Below, one piece after another: positions 35,949-44,259 of a DNA stretch of 64,000 nt. A model generated the notes under the pieces. It was not told the DNA's origin and did not search any database. It worked only from the letters and a program-made list of their open reading frames with translations. Numbering within the stretch: the first letter of the stretch is position 1; the number at the start of each line of letters is the position of its first letter. Source of the DNA: Bacilli bacterium (GTDB taxonomy: Bacteria; Bacillota_I; Bacilli_A; RF39; UBA660); assembly GCA_017622175.1 (NCBI GenBank), contig JAGARQ010000029.1, forward strand, positions 30,002 to 94,001. The letters are read 5' to 3'. Made by a program: the position numbers and the translations under genes.

Positions 35949-37244
35949 TTATAGACTATCTAGTTTTGCAACTGCAGGTTGTGAAGGAGTTGCAGAAGCA
36001 GTTGGTTGAGGAGTTGTTGTTTGTTGAACTACAGTTTGTGTTGGTAACGGTTGAACTGTAGGTTGTGCTTGTTGAATTGTATCCTTTTTATCCTCTACTT
36101 TTACTTCCTTCTTTTCTTCAGGAGTTGCCTGACTGATAGAATTATCTTCTAATTTTAAATCTTCTTGTTCTTTAAATGGCATATCATCAGGTAAATTATC
36201 AACTATAGCACTTACATCAATATTTTGATTTTCTAGGAATTGAAGCAAGTGTTCACTTGGCTTACGCATAACAGGATTTTTACCAAATATTTTTTGATAA
36301 ATAATTCTTGATTGAGGAACATTGTTATCATCTACGTAGAATTCACAAACTTCATCTAATTCACGATGGAACTTTCCTCTTTCTTTACTATAGTAAGCTT
36401 TGATATGTACACCCAATTGGATGTAGCGATATATTGTTGATAAGAATTGATTAACATCTAAGTCTGTTTCCATAAGTGAATAAAGACGATATGGAATTGC
36501 TGATGCTTTATCAGCGTGGATTGTAGATAAGATGTTGTGTCCTGATGAAATTGAGTTACGTACTGCAGAAACTGCTTCAGCACTACGAACTTCTGATAGT
36601 AGAATCCATTTTGGATTCTGACGCATACAAGTAACTAATACATCTGAGTAACTTGCAACGTTGTTGGTCTTCATTGAAACAATATCTCTTTGTGGGAAGA
36701 TTTTGTCTAAGTGAAGTTCCAATGTATCTTCAATTGTGATAATTTTTTCACTTGTTTTAGTATGACTAGCTAGATATTTAACGAACTCTGTTTTTCCGGA
36801 ACCAGTTTCTCCTGCTACCATAACATTACAGTGTCCTTGTACACAATTTATTAATAAATCATGAACATCTTTTGTAAAGTAGTCATCTTTAATTAATTTG
36901 TCTTTTTCCAAACGAATTTTTGCTGGTGTTTTACGAATAACCAAGGCAATTCCGTTTGTAGCAATTGACTGGTGTACGAAGTTCATACGCAACTCTGCGG
37001 ATTCTGCATCTAGAAAAGGCTTAGCATTATTAAATGTTGTTCCCATTACGTTAGAACATTGGAATGCTAATTTTTCTACGAATTCGGGAGTTGCACCTTC
37101 TATTTCTACACGTAGGGATCCCTGAGTTAGAGAACGTATCCATATTTGCCCTCCGTTACTGTATGAAATATCGGTAATATCATCGTTGTCTAATAATGGA
37201 CGAAATGCACCGAAGTCTAACTTGTCAAAAATATTTTCATTCAT
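35949..37244 (-). CDS. tadA: CpaF/TadA-family secretion ATPase (VirB11/T2SSE superfamily) with P/Q/T-rich C-terminal tail
   Basis: 431 aa. Walker A VAGETGSGKTEF, Asp box ITIEDTLEL, Walker B WILLSEVRSAEA, His box GHNILSTIHAD. The last ~90 aa are low complexity (QQAQPTVQPLPTQTVVQQTTTPQPTASATPSQP). Confidence 0.85.
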   Translation of the reverse strand: MNENIFDKLDFGAFRPLLDNDDITDISYSNGGQIWIRSLTQGSLRVEIEGATPEFVEKLAFQCSNVMGTTFNNAKPFLDAESAELRMNFVHQSIATNGIALVIRKTPAKIRLEKDKLIKDDYFTKDVHDLLINCVQGHCNVMVAGETGSGKTEFVKYLASHTKTSEKIITIEDTLELHLDKIFPQRDIVSMKTNNVASYSDVLVTCMRQNPKWILLSEVRSAEAVSAVRNSISSGHNILSTIHADKASAIPYRLYSLMETDLDVNQFLSTIYRYIQLGVHIKAYYSKERGKFHRELDEVCEFYVDDNNVPQSRIIYQKIFGKNPVMRKPSEHLLQFLENQNIDVSAIVDNLPDDMPFKEQEDLKLEDNSISQATPEEKKEVKVEDKKDTIQQAQPTVQPLPTQTVVQQTTTPQPTASATPSQPAVAKLDSL

Positions 37245-37292
37245 CTAACTCACATCCCTTTAATATCTTTTTGTTTTCTTTTATTCTTTATT

Positions 37293-38099
37293 TTATGTTT
37301 CTTGCCAAACTGTAACTTTATTAATCCAGTCTTTTAATGATTCACTACTGATTTCTAATTCTCCTGGTTCATCTTTTAAACTTTCGTTTGTTGGAACTGG
37401 GATTAGTGTTGAATCATATGTTCTTAAGTATTCTGCTTTCTTTAATAAGATATAGTATTCTTCTGGTAAAGCAAATACTATCATTGATGGTGTTCTTTGC
37501 TCATCTAAATTTGAGAATACTGCTTGTCCAGCTGAATCTTTAACTGCTAATACTTTTACGTTAGACATTAATTTTCCTAACATAATCTTGTTAGCATCTG
37601 CTGTCATTTCTTCTCCATCAGCAATTTTATTAACTGCTTTTAGGTAAATATCAATGTAGTTACCTGGGTAAACTGAGTTACCGTATGTTGTTTGTGTTGT
37701 AACTGACATATTATATAATACGTATCCTTTTGGATATGTAAGGATAATATTTCCTGGTAGTTGTTCTTTTTCTACTACTGTTCTTTCATAGAATAAACTA
37801 CCTGCAGGTATAACTGTATCTGCACTTGAGAATTTATCAATTACTGCACTTTGAGATGTAATAACATCTCCTTCTAACATTGATGGTGGAACTGCTCTTG
37901 TACCAACCATATTTGCGGTAATTTGTGTTCCTGGTGAAATTTGTTCTTTGGCATATGGTACATTTATTGGATTGATAGCTGATTGAACACGCATATTATA
38001 TGCAACATATAATACAATGATTGCAACTACTACTCCAAGAACAGTTACAGTGTTTTTGTTTTGTAAAAACTTTTTAATTCCTGTAGTTAGATTTCCCAT
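37293..38099 (-). CDS. CpaB/RcpC-like Flp pilus assembly protein (SAF domain)
   Basis: 268 aa. N-terminal TM, then AKEQISPGTQITANMVGTRAVPPSML (SAF-like), IPAGSLFYERTVV, PGNYIDIYL, VKVLAVKD, MIVFALPEEYYILLKKAEYL. These match the CpaB pattern. Confidence 0.65.
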   Translation of the reverse strand: MGNLTTGIKKFLQNKNTVTVLGVVVAIIVLYVAYNMRVQSAINPINVPYAKEQISPGTQITANMVGTRAVPPSMLEGDVITSQSAVIDKFSSADTVIPAGSLFYERTVVEKEQLPGNIILTYPKGYVLYNMSVTTQTTYGNSVYPGNYIDIYLKAVNKIADGEEMTADANKIMLGKLMSNVKVLAVKDSAGQAVFSNLDEQRTPSMIVFALPEEYYILLKKAEYLRTYDSTLIPVPTNESLKDEPGELEISSESLKDWINKVTVWQET

Positions 38100-38119
38100 T
38101 TTATTCCTCTCCTTCTCTC

Positions 38120-38605
38120 TTATCTTCTTTCTTTTCCATCTTCTTTAATAATTGGATTTCCAGTTGTATCAGTTGGGTCTTTTAAAGCTTTTTCTGTAAG
38201 TGGGTCTTCAGTATAATCTGCTTCTAGAATTGCATCAAGACTTGTTGAAATATTTGCTGCTTCTCCAGAGAAACTTAATACTGTATGTGAATCTACTTTT
38301 ACACTTACTTTTGGTGGCACTTCGTTAATATCATAAAAACTTACTGTATATGAACGAGTACTATCAACGCTATCAGCGAATCGACGAAGGAAACTCTCAA
38401 TGAATTTTTCCTTGTCGATTCTGATTAGCGAATTTAATCTATAATATTCTAGGTCTACTGCATCTTCCATTGCAGCTTCTGTTGTTTCTTTTACTAGGTA
38501 GTAGTCTAGTTCTCCACCTGTTGAATAGTTACTAATAACATTGATTAATAATAATGCCATTAAACTTAATAAAATAATTCCTACTGTTAACATTCCTTTA
38601 TTCAT
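38120..38605 (-). CDS. Pilin-like / minor pseudopilin candidate
   Basis: 161 aa. MNKGMLTVGIILLSLMALLLINV is a very short leader ending in Gly followed by M-L-T and a hydrophobic helix (type IV prepilin-like, but no Glu at +5). Small soluble domain. Confidence 0.35.
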   Translation of the reverse strand: MNKGMLTVGIILLSLMALLLINVISNYSTGGELDYYLVKETTEAAMEDAVDLEYYRLNSLIRIDKEKFIESFLRRFADSVDSTRSYTVSFYDINEVPPKVSVKVDSHTVLSFSGEAANISTSLDAILEADYTEDPLTEKALKDPTDTTGNPIIKEDGKERR

Positions 38606-38620
38606 ATATTATTTAGCCTC

Positions 38621-41602
38621 CTATTCTACACTTGAACGGTAGTTTTCATTGTTTACTCCAGGTTTTCCTAATTTAATAATTGAGTTAGGAACTTCTGTTA
38701 AAACTTTTGTATGACTTCCTACATTTCTAAATAAATTACTTTGATATACTTTAATTCCGTTTACTAGTTCAACTGTACCATCCCATGATGCATAATCATT
38801 ATTATTATTATAAGATTTGATTTTTGCAAGAGTTGCTGGTGTTAAGTAGAATTTGTAATCTAGGTTATTTGCATCATCACTATATAGTGTTGCTGCACCA
38901 TTTTCAATGTGGTCAATTAATGCTACAGGGTCAACTACATATTTATCATTTTTGATTGATAATGCTTTTGATGTCCAGTTGAATCCGATTTCTCGTTTAT
39001 CTGGATCTACAACTCCTTCTTCCACTGCATTAGGGAATAGGTTATTTACTGCAACTGATCTAAATGTATAATTACTTACACCATTTGATTCTTTTGCTGT
39101 TGTTCCACAACATCCATTTTCTTGAACATTACAAATTTCATTTCTTAATCCATAGAAACAATTGATATCGAAATTCCATCCGAAATATCCAAATTTCTTA
39201 GCTTTAGCTGAAATATTGTATCCATTTGATGTTCCTGTTTTTCCTGCTAATTCACTTTCAATTTCTGAACGTGTATAACATGTATTTCCAAGTTTATACC
39301 ATTCCCACCATTTTACGTTTACACTATCTGCATCTAATGGCATACAGAATTTTTTATCATCATAGTACCAACCGTCTGTAACATCTGGTCTTTGGAATGA
39401 TATTTCTCCAGTTTTGTTATGAATATAAGTTCCTGGGAAACTCCATTCAGTCATGTAATGATTTCCTACATCTTTGTTTTTATAACATCCATCGAAATCA
39501 AGAATTGATGATCTACTTCTATCAGTTATATTATTTGTTTTATTTGCGATTAATGTATCTTTCTTAGTATCGTATGGGAATGTTACTGTATTTTGTTTTT
39601 TAACTTCATTTGTTGTTGTATCGTATGTTAATGAAATTGAGAATTCTGCAGTATGTTCTGAACATGTTGCTGTTCCAATACAAGATCTTACTGCATCTTC
39701 GTATGCTGCTTGGTTAGCTTTTGCATCTTGTTCAATTGTACCTGGATTTAAGTAATCATTTCCGTCAACTGAATTAGGTGTTCTTTGACATAATCCTGTT
39801 GTCTTGTTAGCTTTATCTTCTGCATCACCTTTATATCTCCAGTGACAATTATCAGTACATAATGAATTATATCTATTTGAACGATAGATACCATCTTGGT
39901 CTGCTACATATGAATCCCAATCACCACCGGCTTCAACACTATCTTTATATGCTTCTTTTATTCCTGTAATCTTATATCCGCCATTACTACGTACGTAATT
40001 AGCATTAGCATTCCACTCATCTAAATAAGTTCCATCTGCTTGTTTATATACTCTATCAATATACCAACGTCCTAAGGCATATCTTCTATTCCATACTTGT
40101 TGTTTGAAAACAGCTTCTTCTTTTCCGTTTACTGTTTCTACTGCATAATTTGTATGAGATAACCATTTAATTTCATCACCATTATATACATAACATCCAA
40201 AATAATTAGCATTATCTTTTAGACATTGTGCTTGGCTATATAAACTAGCATCTGTTGCCATTGCTGTTTTTGCAAGAAGTGCATCTTCATAATTGATGGC
40301 AAGTTTTGGATTTGATTTTCCATACACTTCGTTATAACATTTAATACTACATTTTTCTGAGTATTTTCCACCATCACATGATTTAACACATTGATCAAAT
40401 TGTTCTTTTGGTCCAGCTTGTTCTAGATTTCTAAGTGTTCCATTTATTGAATAACAAATTGGTGCTGGATTACAATAACTTGTAAATTCTTTTGGTGGTT
40501 GTGCAATAACTTCTGCTGTACATTTTACATAACTTGTTACTTTTACTTTATATTCAAAACATAGTCCAGCTTTTGAAGCAATTGGTGGTCCATACTCTAC
40601 TTTTACTGCTTCTTCACAAGTTCTTTTACACGCTTGTTGTGTATCTGTTACTGTGTTACCAGGAGCAAAGTTATATACATATTTTACTTCTCCATCAATT
40701 GTTGTTGCTGATGAGTAATAATAATCTTTGTTTAAATAATAATCTATTGAAGATATAGAATCTCCATATTCGTTTGTATAAACTACTGGTGTGTCTGCTC
40801 CAGTTTTTACTTTATCATAAGCACATTTTAATGTAAGTGTTGTGTTTAATGGATCTAGCACAACATTTGTTGTTGGATACTTATGAGCTTTGTCCTTAAC
40901 ATCATTAAATAAAGCATTAAAATCAGCTGTACCTGAGTTATTTTGATTTTGATAAGCAGTCCATAATGAGACAATACTATCTATTTTCTTTTGTAATTCT
41001 GTTTCAGTGTAGTTAACTACTACTGATGTTTGATAACAGTATGGTAAAGCTGTTTCGAAGAACGCAACTCCGTTTTGAGCAATTGCTGTTTGTCTGAAGT
41101 TTGCACATAATCCATAATAATTTGTATTTGCCTTACCTACAGTTCCTGTACCTGCAGCTTCTCTTTCTTCAAGGTATTGAACTTCAATCTTTTCATCTGG
41201 ATTAGCTACGTTTTCTACTATAACTGACACATAATATGTGTTACCATTGATTGGTCCTAAGAAACCGGCTTTGAACACATGATTATTGTTGTCTTTTGTT
41301 AATGTTACTCCTGTTGTAACAGCAGTTCCATTTACCGAAATAATTTTAACAGATACATCTGAGTGAACTTTACCGTCTTCACATTTTATTGCTGGATCTT
41401 TAATAAGTCTGAACTCATCAGGATTTCCAGTTGCTTCTATATATAATCCGTATTTATCGACTAGTTGTTCACATGACAATGGTGTAACTGTTTCAGTAGC
41501 GGTTGGCGCTTCTTCTGCTTTAATTTGCGGAATAACCATAACCGCACAAATCATTACTAATAAAATGACAACCCCAATTATTCTACGCTTTAGATTTTGC
41601 AT
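38621..41602 (-). CDS. Large Cys-rich secreted protein (candidate fibre tip, adhesin or effector)
   Basis: 993 aa from ATG at 41602 (MQNLKRRIIGVVILLVMICAVMVIPQIKAEE, 9 nt after GGAAGGAG). The track start at 41623 is TTG. About 29 Cys in the mature part by my count, often paired (QQACKRTCEE, DQCVKSCDGGKYSEKCSIKCY, NGCCGT). No LPXTG or C-terminal TM. No family recognised. Confidence 0.6.
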   Translation of the reverse strand: MQNLKRRIIGVVILLVMICAVMVIPQIKAEEAPTATETVTPLSCEQLVDKYGLYIEATGNPDEFRLIKDPAIKCEDGKVHSDVSVKIISVNGTAVTTGVTLTKDNNNHVFKAGFLGPINGNTYYVSVIVENVANPDEKIEVQYLEEREAAGTGTVGKANTNYYGLCANFRQTAIAQNGVAFFETALPYCYQTSVVVNYTETELQKKIDSIVSLWTAYQNQNNSGTADFNALFNDVKDKAHKYPTTNVVLDPLNTTLTLKCAYDKVKTGADTPVVYTNEYGDSISSIDYYLNKDYYYSSATTIDGEVKYVYNFAPGNTVTDTQQACKRTCEEAVKVEYGPPIASKAGLCFEYKVKVTSYVKCTAEVIAQPPKEFTSYCNPAPICYSINGTLRNLEQAGPKEQFDQCVKSCDGGKYSEKCSIKCYNEVYGKSNPKLAINYEDALLAKTAMATDASLYSQAQCLKDNANYFGCYVYNGDEIKWLSHTNYAVETVNGKEEAVFKQQVWNRRYALGRWYIDRVYKQADGTYLDEWNANANYVRSNGGYKITGIKEAYKDSVEAGGDWDSYVADQDGIYRSNRYNSLCTDNCHWRYKGDAEDKANKTTGLCQRTPNSVDGNDYLNPGTIEQDAKANQAAYEDAVRSCIGTATCSEHTAEFSISLTYDTTTNEVKKQNTVTFPYDTKKDTLIANKTNNITDRSRSSILDFDGCYKNKDVGNHYMTEWSFPGTYIHNKTGEISFQRPDVTDGWYYDDKKFCMPLDADSVNVKWWEWYKLGNTCYTRSEIESELAGKTGTSNGYNISAKAKKFGYFGWNFDINCFYGLRNEICNVQENGCCGTTAKESNGVSNYTFRSVAVNNLFPNAVEEGVVDPDKREIGFNWTSKALSIKNDKYVVDPVALIDHIENGAATLYSDDANNLDYKFYLTPATLAKIKSYNNNNDYASWDGTVELVNGIKVYQSNLFRNVGSHTKVLTEVPNSIIKLGKPGVNNENYRSSVE

Positions 41603-42431
41603 TTTTTTCATCTCCTTCCACAATTTTTCTTATTTCTTCATAATTCTTGTTTGCTTTTGATTCATAATTGTTTAACTTTTCATTTTCTCTTAATTGTCTT
41701 CCTACAACAACAAGTTGTCTTTTGTCATATTGACCAAACATTCTTGTACAAGTTGTTAATGTAATTAATTTATCATTTTCATCAACTTCTATGTCAAAAT
41801 CGTAGACATTTAATTCTTTTATTTGATTTAAATATTTTTTAGTTTCTTCTTTTGTGTAGTTTTCTTCATGCCTTAAGTCAAGATTAAAACTTCTATCAAA
41901 GAATACACCAAATATTTTATAAACATAATCTTCTCCATTTATTGTATATTGAATATGTTTATTTTCAGCTACAAAGTCTTCATAGACAAAAGCCATTAAA
42001 TCATCAAATCTAGAAAAATATTCTTTACCAATTAGTGGTTGTTTAGATAAATTTAGTATATTATGTCCAGATATTGCCACTTGATTAAATAGTTTTTCTT
42101 TATTGTTACTATTCCAAGCATAATCTGCTTTTTCTACTTTATCAAGAGCAGTTACATTGTCATAACTAATTATCGGAGTATCAATATTTGTTCCTTGCAC
42201 TCTTAACCAAGCTATTGTTTCATAACCTAATTCTTTTTTATCTTTTTTCTTTTCTTTTTCGATTGTTTTTATTCTACTTTCAACTTCAAATTTCTTTGTA
42301 TCTGTATTATTTATGATTACTAATAAAGCTGATACAATACAGCAACAAATCAGAAGACCTGTTACTAAGACTAATGTCTTGATCCTCTGACTTTGTTTTA
42401 ATTTTAATTTTTTCTTTCGCAACTTCGTCAT
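41583..42431 (-). CDS. srtB: Class B sortase
   Basis: 282 aa. N-terminal TM, IAWLRVQGTNIDTPIISY, ISGHNILN (catalytic His), LITLTTCTR (TLXTC Cys), QLVVVGRQLR (Arg). The layout matches SrtB-type enzymes. Confidence 0.75.
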   Translation of the reverse strand: MTKLRKKKLKLKQSQRIKTLVLVTGLLICCCIVSALLVIINNTDTKKFEVESRIKTIEKEKKKDKKELGYETIAWLRVQGTNIDTPIISYDNVTALDKVEKADYAWNSNNKEKLFNQVAISGHNILNLSKQPLIGKEYFSRFDDLMAFVYEDFVAENKHIQYTINGEDYVYKIFGVFFDRSFNLDLRHEENYTKEETKKYLNQIKELNVYDFDIEVDENDKLITLTTCTRMFGQYDKRQLVVVGRQLRENEKLNNYESKANKNYEEIRKIVEGDEKNAKSKA

Positions 42432-42439
42432 TGTTACAC

Positions 42440-44251
42440 CTACTTACTAACTGTATATGGAAAATCAACTGTTCCATTTCCTTTTGTAATATTTACTGAT
42501 TTTTTCAAATTAGCTACAACTCTTATTCCATATTTGTCGTAGTTTCCAATTCCGTCTGTTAGAACAACGCCTGCATCGGTTACCGCTGTTTTTTGTAATT
42601 CGCTTTTTGTTGAATTGATTAGCCAATAAGAACGAGTTGAATTAACCACTGTTGATTTTGAACTAAACATTTCATACATATTTGGAGCTGATAGTTTAAC
42701 TTTATATTTTTTTGTTTCAGTTTGTTTTCCATATAGCATTCCATTTTCGTAGATAGGAACTTCGATGTTCTTATTTACAAAATATGATGTATCAATAAAC
42801 TCACTTACTTTGTTGTTTATATAATGTCCAACATTTCCTTTTTGAAGTGGATTGTAAGTTTTTTCTTCAGTTTTTACATCTTCATAATTTGTCGTTACAT
42901 TTGTTCCACTTTGTTTAACATTTTCTACGGAAATTATTCTTGTTGTCCCATCACTATTCACTTCTAAAATTCTCCATAAAATACCTCCATAACTAATGTA
43001 TTCACCAGAGTATCTTTTATTTATTGGTTCATCAGATTTACCTGTTTTAATTTCACCAAATTCATATGGGGAAATTCTAGTTCCATCACCTTTTTTAATA
43101 AGCGTATCTCCTTTTATTGTTAAAACAGGACGTACTCCATAATTTTTTTCTTTTGAATCAATGTAGAATCTACTTCCAGCAGCATTACCATAGAAAACGC
43201 TTCTTGTTGTATATGCTGTTTTATCATCCGCTACGTTTGCTAACCATGAAATTGTAGAAGGTTTCATAAATGAATTTTTATTTTCATCTAGTGTTTTATT
43301 AACATCAACAACTGATGGAATATATGCATATCTATTTTTTGTATATGCAGTACACTCTAAGGCTGATGAATTTTCAGCAGTAACTGGCATATTACAATAT
43401 TTGTTTTTTACTAATAGTTTTTTTGCTTCTTCAGCAATGTGTTTCATATAGTAATTATCTAGCCAAGAACTAATTCCTGAGTAGTTTACATTTGCAATAT
43501 CTTCTTCTGCTACAACTTTAACATTTTCTCCATCTATGCCAATAATTCTAAATAACATTCCTGATAATCTTACATAATTATTTGGCGTTGCTCCTGTATA
43601 GTATCCTTTTTTTTCTGTTGCAACATTAACTGCATTTTTAATTTTTGATACAACTTCAACAGTTCTTGTAACTGTTGTTTTATTTTTTAGAGCATCTAAA
43701 ACTGTATATGTAACTTCATATGTACCAACTTTATTAGTGTCCACCTTCTTAGAGTTAATTGTTACTTTTTTTGTATCTATTTTTCCATCTGTATTATCAA
43801 CTACGCTTTTTACTCCAAGTTCTTTATATTTTTCTCCTAAATCAACTGTGATTTTATCCGAACCATTCAATTTAATATCTGGTCCTTTATTATCTACATT
43901 TGATTTCATAGCACCACATTGTAGATATGTATAGTATTTATACTCTCCATCTACTTTTCTTACTTTCACCCATGATTCTTTTAAATCACATGGTTTATCA
44001 GTATAAGGAATATAAAAATCTTCTTCTAAATATGATTTATGATATAAAGTTTGCATATCTACAGTTGCTACACGTGTTCCTGTAGGTAGTTCTGTATGAT
44101 TAAGATTAAAATACCTTTTGGCTGCTGTTTCTAAAGTGTTTTCATATTTTTTAAAACTATACATCGGTTTAATTACTATAAACCAAGCAAATAAGGCTAT
44201 TATTACTACTACAACTAAAAGTTTTATATATTTCATTGTCTTGCTATTCAT
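42440..44251 (-). CDS. Membrane-anchored surface protein: Ig-like (DUF5011-type) domain plus two DUF6273-like modules
   Basis: 603 aa. N-terminal TM. GPDIKLNGSDKITVDLGEKYKELGVKSVVDNTDGKIDTKKV...VGTYEVTYTVLDALKNKTTVTRTVEVV fits the DUF5011 Ig pattern. Two modules follow, ending YGVRPVLTIKGDTLIKKGDGTRISPYEFG and YGIRVVANLKKSVNITKGNGTVDFPYTVSK. Confidence 0.55.
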   Translation of the reverse strand: MNSKTMKYIKLLVVVVIIALFAWFIVIKPMYSFKKYENTLETAAKRYFNLNHTELPTGTRVATVDMQTLYHKSYLEEDFYIPYTDKPCDLKESWVKVRKVDGEYKYYTYLQCGAMKSNVDNKGPDIKLNGSDKITVDLGEKYKELGVKSVVDNTDGKIDTKKVTINSKKVDTNKVGTYEVTYTVLDALKNKTTVTRTVEVVSKIKNAVNVATEKKGYYTGATPNNYVRLSGMLFRIIGIDGENVKVVAEEDIANVNYSGISSWLDNYYMKHIAEEAKKLLVKNKYCNMPVTAENSSALECTAYTKNRYAYIPSVVDVNKTLDENKNSFMKPSTISWLANVADDKTAYTTRSVFYGNAAGSRFYIDSKEKNYGVRPVLTIKGDTLIKKGDGTRISPYEFGEIKTGKSDEPINKRYSGEYISYGGILWRILEVNSDGTTRIISVENVKQSGTNVTTNYEDVKTEEKTYNPLQKGNVGHYINNKVSEFIDTSYFVNKNIEVPIYENGMLYGKQTETKKYKVKLSAPNMYEMFSSKSTVVNSTRSYWLINSTKSELQKTAVTDAGVVLTDGIGNYDKYGIRVVANLKKSVNITKGNGTVDFPYTVSK

Positions 44252-44259
44252 AATGCCTC

